In this document: positions 12,340 through 23,632 of the stretch, in pieces | How the letters are laid out: each line of letters begins with the position of its first letter | How positions within the stretch are numbered: position 1 is the first letter of the stretch | Assembly: GCA_012295275.1 (NCBI GenBank) | Contig: CM022671.1 | Span: 26,164,001 to 26,228,000 of the forward strand | DNA: 64,000 nucleotides | Reading direction: 5' to 3' | Origin: Chrysomallon squamiferum | Lineage: Eukaryota > Animalia > Mollusca | Notes under the pieces: generated by a model | What the model saw: only the letters and a program-made list of their open reading frames with translations | Database searches by the model: none | Told to the model about the DNA's origin: nothing | Made by a program: the position numbers and the translations under genes

Positions 12340-14602
12340 TTAAAGATAAGGATTATGCATGTCTTCACTTTTGGGAAGAGACATCATACCATTAACTGCA
12401 TCTATTTCAGCTGTAGTCTTTGGCCAAACACTTTGGTTGTAGTCCATTTGTCTTGGCATGTACATAAAACCAGACACATCTCTGTTGTCTAGTGACATCC
12501 TTGTCATTGTCACAAGTCCTGATACAGGTGTGTCTTCAAAAGACTTTGGAAAGGACATCATGCAGGACACTGGTGGTTCTTCTTCACCAATGATTCCAGA
12601 AACTGGAGCCTCAGCCATGGCTAACATTCCTGTTACTGCTGCATCTTCTACAGACACTTTTGACAACTGCATCAAGTTATTTGAACCAGTGTTTTCCATT
12701 TGTGCTGCTTGTTGCAAAGAACCCATGTCCATATGATGCATTTTGTCTGGAAAAGAACTGGAAATAAACTGTGGATTTTCAACAGAATTTTCATTGGATT
12801 TCTGTGTTTTTGACTGTGTGAATATACCAGCTGCCACACAATCAAAATCATGCACCAGCTTTAGATGATCTTTGAAAGAGGATTTCCACCTGAATTCTTT
12901 ACTACAGAAGTGACATATCAATGTGGGTGGGTTGTGCACTATTGTATGTTTCCTCAATGCTTTTCTGGTTTTGAATAATTTCTTACAGAGCCTGCACTGA
13001 TGTGGAAATAGCCCTGGATCTCTGCTGTCAAACATGTTGGCAAGTTTCCCTGGCTTGGCATGAACGTTGTGGTTAGTGCGCATGTGCTGATTCAGTGAAG
13101 ACTTCCACTTGAACACTTTATCACAATATTCACAAGTGAATGTAGGTTCGTTGTGTCCGTGTATGTGCTGCTTCAGGTGCTTTTTGCTCTTGAATGCTTT
13201 GGGACAGAGGTGGCAAGTGAATGCAAATCCTGTCGTGTCTCTTTTACCACAAACTTTCTCTTCGTGATATTTTAAATTTTTTTTGAATGTGAACTCCGCA
13301 CCACAACCTCCGCAGAGGAACTGTTTCTGGAAATTGTGCTTCTTCACCTTGTGTCCATCAAGATTTTCCTTGGTCATAAAACCACAGCCACAAAGCTCAC
13401 ACGAAAACTGAGGTTTATTGTTGTGTACTTGATCAACATGTCTCTGTAGTGAGGTGTTGTGCTTGAATCGTATGCCACAGGTAGGACACAGAAAGGCCTC
13501 TGTGTGTGCTGACATGTGCGTTGTGTAATGCCACTGATGATGAAACTTTTTGTGACAGATCTCACATTCAAATGTTGCTTCCAGGTGATACTTCTGGTGG
13601 CGAACCAGAGATTTACGTGATGGATACCATTTGCCACATTTTTCGCAACACCATTCGTTATTCTTTCTTCTGAAAAAAAAAAAAAGAAAAAGAAAAATAG
13701 AACAACAAAACAACATACATTACATTATTATTTGTATAAATAATGAATAATATTCTGCTATAAGCATGTTAAAACCATTCAGCTTGCAAATCTTTAGCAG
13801 AAACAGAATGCGAATTCATTAATTCATGGCTTATAGAGAAAAACAATAGCAACATGTAACCTCATCTATAGCAAAATGATGTACCAGTACAATGATGATA
13901 ACAGTAAAGAATTTATTTAGAAAACTAAGGAAATAAGGCATTAAAACTGACTTTTTAGGTTTTAGTATTCTCAGAATGTATTCAATAAAAGCCTGGACTA
14001 ATTTGTTCCCTTCTTGATAGGTTTTATTTCTCTTTTTGGGGGACAAAACTTATGTATGACATTTTCCAGAATATTAAATGATGAAAGCATTGGTATATTC
14101 TACAGATAAAGACATTCTTCAAAAAAAAAAAGAATGTTTGTATTTCTTTGGATTAACAGAAATTTTGTTTAATATATTTCTGACAATTCTATACTTATTT
14201 GTATAAAGTGTAGCAGGAGATAACTAATTTCAGTTATATAAATTTGTGTTAGGAAAGATATAAATAGGACTTATATCAGTCTTGTTAGTAAAATAACTTT
14301 AAATTAACAACTCATTTAATGCTGTACCTTCCTATCACAGATTTCTCTTTCTTCTTTGCCTGGTTTATTTTATTAGTTTTCTTAATCTGTTTGATTTTTT
14401 TAATGGTATTTGGCAACTCATGAAGATCTTTTGGTTCAGTTTTAACTTCTACAACATCATTTTCACCAGTATTATTAATCAACATTTCATCATTCCAAGA
14501 TGTCACATGTTCGTCCTGCTGTTCTGCAAAAGTACTAGAATTAAAGAAAAAAGTTATATAAAATCAGAACATTTTTTTTTTTTTACTATGACATTTCAAA
14601 AG

Positions 14603-14634
<32 letters not shown>

Positions 14635-16642
14635 AGATTTTTCTCAGGATATTCAAAGCCACCAATCTTAGCTTTTACTAAATCTTTTTATCCTTAATGT
14701 TGTATGTGTGTGTGTGAAATGAATAAAAATACTAGAATGAATACAAAGACTTTGTACTGTCTCTCAAGACCGAGAACTGTAAATAAATATTTATATTTTT
14801 ACATATATTTTTAATCTGTAAAAGAAAATTAAAAAAACTTTAACAGTTTAGGAATTACTAAAAACAAATATATATATGTTATCACAAAAAACACAAACTT
14901 GTCATCATTATCTTCATCAGCAATCCCTTCATCTTTAAGATGGCCTAAATCGTTGTCATAAGCTTTGTCCTTTTTTTTATTCTTGTGCACTGCATCACTG
15001 ACTTCATCAGAAGCACTTCCCACAACTGCATCACTGGTCTGTGAACTATTTTCAAATCTATACAAAAAGAAATATTCAAATGCTTTATCAACTAAATCTT
15101 GTCTGAAGCTAATGTATCTTAGTAATCTATTATTAACAATATTTAGACTGTTTATCTGGAAAACTTAGGACTGGCGATGACCCAGATTTCTGGACAAAGT
15201 CTTAAAATGCTCTTTGGAAGTGTAGCAGAACCTGACATATTAATGTTAATATGTTTTGACCACAGATTTTGTAGTAAAGAAGTGTCAGGTCTATTCAGGC
15301 TCTACCAAACCAAGCTTGTTTTTCAGGATGAAAATGCCTGTGCTCACTATGCATGAAATGTCAGTGAGGCATAACATCTATTGAATGCCATTGCCAGCAA
15401 TGAGCCCAGAACTTTTCCCCATCGAAAAAGTCTGGATCAAGATAGGGAGATGTGTGCATCAATGTAAAAGTCTGCCAGACCTGTCAGCAGAACTTTGTCT
15501 GCCACTGTAAGGAGAGTGGAACAGACTCCCTCAAATGGCCACTGGGAGACTCATATGAAATTTGTTAACTGAATAAAAATGTTTTAGTGGCAGGATTACC
15601 CAGTACTGATAAAAAAATGTCAACTTTCAAATCTCACTTTTGACCCTAGTATTTTATCAAGATCTTTGGAGGTCATAAAACCAACTGTAATACTGAACTA
15701 GCAATTGTAATATTTTCCTAAATAATTCACTATTATTACATAATCATCCTCCACATATAATATTACCTTACAGTTCTGGCAAATATAAATTTGAGCTTTT
15801 CTGCTTCTTTTTTTTTTTTTAAAGTATATATATATACTTAAAATAATAAAATAATGAAAAGTAAATAATAAATTTATATTTAGTAACATCTAATTAATTC
15901 CTTCTAATGCCAGATAAATGGTATAGTATCTGGAGATGTTTTTAAAAGACCTTTTTGTCTCTTGACTTTAGTAACAAATATATTTTAGCATTTACTCATT
16001 TGCAGAAATAGTCAGATGATGGCCCTAACGATTCTTTTCAATCTATACAAAAACTAAGACTTCGAGAAGTAAACTGACTTAAAGTACATAACAATTTAAT
16101 GATCAACTTACTTCCAAACAGCTACTCTTTTCTGTTAAGAAAAAATAATTTTTTATAGAATTCTGTATATGGACAAGAAGGAATGCATTTACCAAGGTCT
16201 TTGTTAAACCAGTTGTGGTACACTGGCCAGTGCTAGAAACAGCCTGAAAGAAGATCCAAGAACCCAGTCCAAACTGAAATAAATATTCTACAACAGGCAA
16301 GATTTTCATTTTTAATTGGATTATTCTGTAACATTCGATTGTGTGAAATGCTGGCTTTTTCCTGCAGTGTGTATATCTTTATTATATGTATGTAATATCA
16401 ATAGTTGTTTATTTTCTTTTTCTCCTGTCTTTTCAATAGAACCTTGTCCGTTTCAAGTGTTTGACAATGATCTTGGTAAATGAAAACTGTGTTTTTTATG
16501 TAACCTTTAACAATTTAATGAATAATTATTACCTGTTTAACAATACTGTCGCAAATTCTTCGTTGGTCTTTAGTTTGTTAATATCTTTTAAGCGGCACCA
16601 TCTCGTAAACTGTTCACCAATATCAATAGTTGTCAAACCCAT
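12340..16642 (-). CDS. C2H2 zinc-finger protein, ~601 aa, 9 fingers; exons 16642-16533, 15057-14899, 14534-14328, 13669-12340
   Basis: All three introns are GT-AG and phase 2; exon lengths 110+159+207+1330=1806 nt. The ATG is preceded by an in-frame stop. The last exon has 8 C2H2 fingers plus one C2HC finger (CGGC..HEEKVC). Exon 1 reads MGLTTIDIGEQFTRWCRLKDINKLKTNEEFATVLLNR. Confidence 0.85.
15240..15560 (+). mobile_element. Decayed Tc1-family (DD34E) transposase fragment in intron 1 of the zinc-finger gene
   Basis: Translates to FQDENACAHYA ... MPLPAMSPELFPIEKVWIKIGRCV ... EWNRLPQ, matching Tc1 motifs FQQDNARPH, WPAxSPDLNPIExxW and EWxxIP. Stop codons present. Confidence 0.8.
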
Positions 16643-17533
16643 ATTAACAAAGAGTTATCTACTCTTTATCAATTCTCGAAGTTCATTTAAGAAGAAAACA
16701 CGCATGACATTTTTAAATATACGAATAATAACTGAGTTCATCTGATCTACATAAATTTTGCGCTCGGTACTAAACATTATCCTAAAATTAAATATTTTGT
16801 GTGTCTATATATTAATAAATTCTTGACTTCTTTTTCTGTCAGTCCTACCGTAATAACAATAAGCGCCCTCTACAATTCAACATCAAAAATATGGGACATA
16901 ACCAAAGAAGGAAATTTATACAAACGTATCAGTAATTCACTGGTAGTAGTAACGACAGTCAGTCAATAAGCATATTTATATTGGCTAAATAATAAAATAA
17001 AAATTTCCTATATGTTACATCACATTTTATTTTGTTACTTTTATTATTATTATTATTTATGTTGTTGTTATTATTATTTCTACTACATGTATTACAACTT
17101 CTAGATTGTTATTGTTGTTATTATCATTACTGTTTTCGCACCAGGTTGAGTGACATCTTAGCTGCATTTACAAAATCCGTTAGTCATATATATATTGCTA
17201 TCCTTGCTGAATAAGCGTAGTTATTAAATCATTATACAGATCTATGATAATACTATTGTGTTTTCTGTTCTTAAAGATATGATATAGTTTATCTGTTCCT
17301 AGGAGTAATATTACTGAAATGCTTAATAACAGTTCAGAAAGTCCTGTCAATAGAATCAACAGATTTATTGTTTTTTAAAAAGAATTTATTCGATTTCATT
17401 GTTTTACACATAATACAATTTATTATGTTTACCAGAGAACAATTTCTAATTGGTTCAGTTCGCTTAAAACCTGCTAAGTATCAAAGAGTCTTAGACTTTA
17501 ATCTGTAACACGGTATTTATTAATTTAACATTA

Positions 17534-17579
<46 letters not shown>

Positions 17580-17580
<1 letters not shown>

Positions 17581-18034
17581 AGGTACCGAACTATTTATCT
17601 GGCAAGCTTGGGACTGGAGGTGCTCCGGATTTCAGGGTTTGCCGGATTTCTAGATACATACTAAATATACACTTCTTTTTTAATCCATCAAAAATCTTAA
17701 GTTATCTATAGAGAATATGATCTATAATAAATATGAAGAAAATTAAACGAAGAAAAGAAAGAACATAATTTTATTTAAACGATATCTGCACAAATTAATA
17801 CACTTCTTAAACCACTTAAATTTCTTATAATATCGTGAATAATATATCAAATGAAAATTAAATAAATAAAAATAAAAAACATGATTTAATTTGACAGGTG
17901 TAATGAATTCTGTGAGAGATTTACCGTTACATAGCAACAGTATCACTAAAACCGTTCAGCGTGTACTATACGTCACGGAAACGACTAATGCAGCGAGTGG
18001 CGACTTAAAGCGTGACTAATTTAAAAGCAGTCCC

Positions 18035-18078
<44 letters not shown>

Positions 18079-18135
18079 TTGCCGGTTTTCTGGATTTTCC
18101 GGATTTCCAAATGCCGGATAAATGGTCTGGTACTT

Positions 18136-18136
<1 letters not shown>
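17580..18136. mobile_element. Tc1/mariner-pogo-type MITE inserted in (TTA)n
   Basis: TIR CAGGTACCGAACTATTTATCTGGCA versus right-end reverse complement CAAGTACCAGACCATTTATCCGGCA. TA on both sides; subterminal CCGGAT repeats. Confidence 0.8.
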
Positions 18137-18170
<34 letters not shown>

Positions 18171-19320
18171 TATTTATTTTTTTTTTTTATTTTTGCGTGC
18201 ATGTTAACTGATAAAGCATTGTAATGACAGGAAATATGTAAGAGATAACGACTTACCGGACAAGGACATTCAAAGTTGTCAATCACATAAGCAAATCAAG
18301 TGATTTTATTTTTCGTTACTGATTTCTGTTTCACAATTACTATTAACTGCTTTCTGTTTCATAGTATGAGTTGACTGTTGTTTGTGCTGCATTACGAAAC
18401 TCGTAACTTCCGATTGTGCATTACCGATTTTAGTTACGACCTACATTTATAGGTATATGAAAACATATTTTTATTCCATCATTGATTTCGCTTACTTGGT
18501 GTATCAATAACTTTGTACGACCTTATAACTAACATATTTTAACTCATTAACGTAGAAATATTTAAATTTAATTTAGTTTTTTTGAAATGACTTCACAATA
18601 AAAAAATAAAAGTATGAAAAGAGACAATATCTGCAACAAATGAATGTTGAAATGTTGGATTTACATTCCTTTAGATCGGTCATTTTCGAGTTTGCTGTTA
18701 CCATAAAAAATGTACCATTTAGTCGTACAAACACACGCTACGAGAAATCCAAGACCCCTATCATAAAATCACCAAATCGGAAATCTTTGGACATGTTTGT
18801 ATCTACCTAAATACAACACTGATTAACGGTTACGTCATTGATTAACACGTGATAGCTTTAAATAAATTTAAGTTATAAAATTAAACACACACTCACAGAC
18901 ACAGACACAGACGCAGGTTCACGTTCAACAACACGAGACGTTTGTTGGTTATTCGATGAATCTTTCCTTTTGTAATTAAACGTTATTCTGCATCTGTAAT
19001 GACTAAATCCATCCACTGTAATAGTATATTTTGGGACATAAACTGAGAACGGGTAATGTTTCAGAATTTCAAGTAACTAAGGATTATTAGTAGTAGCCAG
19101 CAGGGTGGGGCCGAAGGGACCATGGCCTACAATGGGTGGGTGAGGGGATCCAATAAGAGAAAAGAATTTACTAAATCTGGTTGATTTATATTTAAATCGA
19201 ATAAAGTGTTTAATGCTTTTCTGATAATATTTCTCAGTACTAGGCCTTATACTTGTAAATGCGTGTGCGGAAGCCTGATTGTGAAATTGACAGCATTACT
19301 AATGACGCAGAAGTGAAGGA

Positions 19321-19334
19321 GTTACCATGACAAC
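19321..19334. promoter_or_regulatory. RFX X-box-like site GTTACCATGACAAC upstream of cwo-A1
   Basis: Close match to the X-box consensus GTNRCC(N0-3)RGYAAC, about 720 bp upstream of the A1 ATG. Motif only. Confidence 0.45.
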
Positions 19335-19547
19335 ACTTCACTTATTTAAAGATTTATAATTTTGACCGCATTTAATACACTCAGTTCGCTAAATAAAATG
19401 TACAGTAGAATGACAGCTCTGTCTAATAAAATGACTTTTTGGGGAATGAAATAAAACCTATTCTTAATCCTTAAATATTAAAAATATTCCATAAAACATA
19501 GCTGATTTGTTAAAATGTATGTCCATGAAAGACGTTTGATTGTGTCT

Positions 19548-19595
<48 letters not shown>

Positions 19596-19805
19596 CCATC
19601 CTCACGAATATCATTGCAGAAAGCTACCTCATAGCAGAAACAAGAAAAACAAGTCACACAAACACACAATTAAAAAATAAAGAAATAAAAAATGATCATA
19701 CAAACGTTATAAAAATTCAGAACTGTTGATATATATGAAATAAAAAAATTGTTGCTAATAAAATGCCAATCTTCGTTGCCAGTCATTCTGTAATACGCGT
19801 GTTTA

Positions 19806-19826
19806 GCAACCAGCTCATGAATATTT
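19806..19826 (+). promoter_or_regulatory. Upstream element GCAACCAGCTCATGAATATTT shared by type A and type B genes
   Basis: 20/21 identical to the reverse complement of 48784-48804 upstream of the B ATG, while the flanks are not alignable by eye. Confidence 0.65.
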
Positions 19827-20051
19827 ATAAACTACGTCATTAAACACGAATTCCAAAACGTGACTGAAGAGCATAAAACCAGCTCACCGCAAAGCAGATA
19901 CCATTCGAGTCTAGCCAGCTTGAATATCAATGTAAAGATATATTTCTAGAAAAACAGAAAAGAAGAAGAAGAAAAAAGTTCCTTTTGACAATTAAACATT
20001 TGTTTTACATAACATAGAAGTATATTTCTGCATCTGAAAACATAAAACATC

Positions 20052-20628
20052 ATGATGAACTGGGAAGAACCTGAAATGAAGCGATTTAAACGCAAAAGAA
20101 GCGAATCAGACTGGTAAGAAAACTATTACATTTTTAAAGTATATTTAATAATATTTGTTTCATTTCTAAATTTGTAAATTAGATCATTATGTTCAGTTAT
20201 TATAATTATAATTATAATAATAATAACAATTATTAGATGGTTGGTGTTGATAATAATGTTGATTACGATGCTGATGCTGATAATGACTATTAGTATTATT
20301 ATAAGTATAGTTACTATAATATAACCATAATGTTAAATCGATCGGAAATTTGTAGATAAACAATTTAAAAAAAATGTTACGCTAAATCTGGCCGGAGCGA
20401 AAGTTTAATTCTGTAATGATATATAAATTTCTCAAGATTAAAAACTCGTTTGAAATAAACTACAAAGCTCTGCCTTTCAATCTGTTTTAAGCGATATTTT
20501 ATTTTTTATTATTATTATTTTTTGTAAAATGCCTTTTTAAATGTAATTATAAAACCATCACATTATTACAACAATATATAAGTATTAATATTTTAAGTTT
20601 AGAACGTCGAAATTTATTGATAAAAAAT

Positions 20629-20685
<57 letters not shown>

Positions 20686-20933
20686 TTAGAATGTACACGT
20701 TCAATTAAGTCCAAAATTAGATGCTCTAGAATATATACACACATACGTACAATGGTTACAAATGTATACACACACGTACATGGTTGGCACATGTTATAAT
20801 GTTTATTTTATTATTATTTTTTTTATTGCAGGAATGTAAACATTTCCAATTCTACTGATGACTGCGATGGAAAGAAAGGAAAACCTGTGAAGGTTAGTAA
20901 TACTATGTGTAATAATAATTGTATAATTATGTT

Positions 20934-20984
<51 letters not shown>

Positions 20985-21521
20985 GAGAGAGAGAGACAGT
21001 GAAAAATAATCTCGACAGTGAAAAATAATCTTTTAATTTAGTTTGTCATTTAGCGTCCTCTATGGATGCCGTCTGCGATCAAAATATCAAGGGAAGGTAC
21101 TCCTTCATAAATTATTTTTACCTCGAACATTAACTGCGATTTCATATGGAAAGAAAACAGACATGTCTCCACAGACCCTGGTGATTATGGGCAAATTGGC
21201 AGGCTTTTTTTTCTTAGTCGTTGTGCGTGAATGAGGGTGCGAGAGGGCACTCAAAAATGTGTTGGTAATATATTTCAAAGTTTTAATTATTATTATTACT
21301 TCTTTTTATTTTTAAATTTAATATGTTTTATTCCCTTATTTATGTACAACATTATATTTTACAGGATTCGGCATCACATAGGATCATTGAAAAACGACGA
21401 AGAGATCGAATGAACACGTGTTTGGCTGATCTCTGCAAACTCATACCAAGTCAATATTTGAAACAGGTAAAATTTCTGATAAATGAGTTTTAAATACGAT
21501 AATTAGCAAATCTAACTAATC

Positions 21522-21614
<93 letters not shown>

Positions 21615-22386
21615 AACTGACTGTTTACTAACTTACAGACAATTACGATATTTACATATTAACTGAGTGAAAAAAGGTGGAAAATTAATAATAATTAAAG
21701 GTGGAAAATTTATAATATTATTAGGCTGAACATTTTATAGGCTCATATAAGTAAATTTATTAATATATGTATAATAATAATAATTTTTTTCAATTATTCC
21801 TTTATTTTAGGGACAAAGACGCACAGAGAAAACTGAAATTATTGAAATGGCAATAAAACTGATAAAAACTCTTCAAAATGATGTGGTTAAAAAAGGTGAT
21901 TATATTTATTTTGTTGTTTTATTTTTAGATGCTAGTAACATTAATTTAGAAAGTGTTTTAGAATAGGAATCTTGACTGTATGTACATTTAAAAAAAACCC
22001 CAAAACCCAACAAAATCTTGCTTTATTATATTATTGGTATTTATTTATTATTTATTTATTATTGTTAAAATCTATTTGAGTATCGCCATTTTTAGTCGTG
22101 ACGTCATCGCGTACAGTTTCTTCTATCTTTCTGAGAAAATATGCAGTTTGCAGTCCGTCACAAACATTTCGAAAAACAACTATAATAGCTGAGTTCAATC
22201 TTTCAGTAACAATATTATTTTATTGTCAAAAACAATTTCAAGTTCTTAAATACTTAAGTTCTTAAAGCTTCCAAAAAGTTTCTTCCAACAGGTAAACAAA
22301 ATAAATGTCATTAAAAGTAAATGCTGTTCATAACAGAATACCTAATCTATTTTGGTTCATTACTATTACAAGAACAACAACTACTA

Positions 22387-22419
<33 letters not shown>

Positions 22420-22426
22420 TTACTAG

Positions 22427-22471
<45 letters not shown>

Positions 22472-23494
22472 CACTACTATTACTACTACTACTACTACTA
22501 CTGCTACTGCTACCACTACTACTACTACTGTTACTGTTACTGTTTCTTATACTACTACTACTATTACTACTACCACGACTATAACTTTACTTCAGTATTC
22601 TAAAGGAACTACAGACCCGCTCTTATCAGTATTTATGAACAGTATATATATTATAACCAGAAGAATCCATTCAGTTTATATAATATATATATTTTTTAAA
22701 TTATTATAGTGTCAGGGAGCAATTACGATAGTGACTATAACAGTTCGTCATCTTGTGTAAGTGGAAATGAAAGTGGCAGTTCGTCACATTCATTATCATC
22801 GTCTTCGCCAGACGAGAATATTTCGAGCGAACTGTCCGAAAAGAACATTCGGGAACATTTCAAGAAGACAGAAAGGGATTCGGACAGCGGCTTCAGCAAC
22901 ATGGATTCGGCATTTTCGTCTCTGAGTCTACCTCTGAGGAAAAGTGCCAGTGACCAGACTGGGTGGAGCAAAACACAGGAGTGTTACGAGGCGCGCGTGA
23001 CCTCTAGCAGCACTTCTGGACATGGTTCGTTCTACAAGTTCAAACACAACATCAGTAAGCGCTTCTGTCAAGAGGAACTCAAAGTGCAGTCCAGCGACAC
23101 GTCGTCGAGCAGCTCTCAGGAAGAGCAGATGATGGCATCACAACGACGGAACACGTTAGAAGCCATGATATGTAACTACAACAGTACAGAGAGCATGTCG
23201 TACCCGAGTTCCAGTGATGGCAGTCAAAGCCCACAGAACTGCAGTGGCAAGTCTTCGGGGGCGCTGCAGTCAGCCAGAACGTATGCAAACAGGGGCTTGT
23301 TTCTTCCTGGCTTTGTTCTGCATCCGTCCGGTAGTTACTACTTCCCCATCTCCATACATCCGGCAAATATACCCGCATCGCTCTTACTCGGCTCTGATAA
23401 TATCTCTGACGTGTTCCATCCTGTGAACATACCTGTCCAGTTTTGTGCACCGAGCGTTACAACGAAAGGTACACAGATTCAGAATTCAGCCTAA
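20052..23494 (+). CDS. cwo: clockwork orange-like bHLH protein lacking the Orange domain, copy A1 (~364 aa); exons 20052-20113, 20832-20892, 21365-21466, 21811-21895, 22710-23494
   Basis: b[37 protein letters not shown]|[22 protein letters not shown] closely matches Drosophila CWO ([41 protein letters not shown]). C-terminal [25 protein letters not shown] and HPVNIPV motifs. Splice phases 2,0,0,1 are consistent. Confidence 0.85.
22365..22580. repeat. (ACT)n compound microsatellite in the last intron of type A (also about 32340-32465, 38205-38440, 58610-58820)
   Basis: Visible triplet tract whose length differs between copies. (GA)n and (CT)n tracts occupy the introns on either side of exon 3 in every A copy. 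Confidence 0.95.
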
Positions 23495-23570
23495 TTTAAA
23501 AAAAAAAAAAAAGAGAGAATAAGAAGAAGGAAAGAAAATAGTTTTCATTGCAATACAGCTATTATTGTTA

Positions 23571-23632
<62 letters not shown>

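Noticed and set aside
16103-16363. Possible extra exon in intron 1 of the zinc-finger gene (ends GAA|gtaagt)
   Set aside because: Frames tested from the candidate acceptor hit stops, and exon 1 already splices in phase to 15057.
21043-21234. 63-aa ORF recurring in intron 2 of A copies
   Set aside because: Non-ATG start, recurrence explained by recent duplication, and disrupted by an indel in A4.
22305-22709. Poly-Thr, poly-Leu and poly-Val ORFs (also near 32281, 38148, 58549)
   Set aside because: Translations of an intronic (ACT)n microsatellite; the frame shifts between copies.
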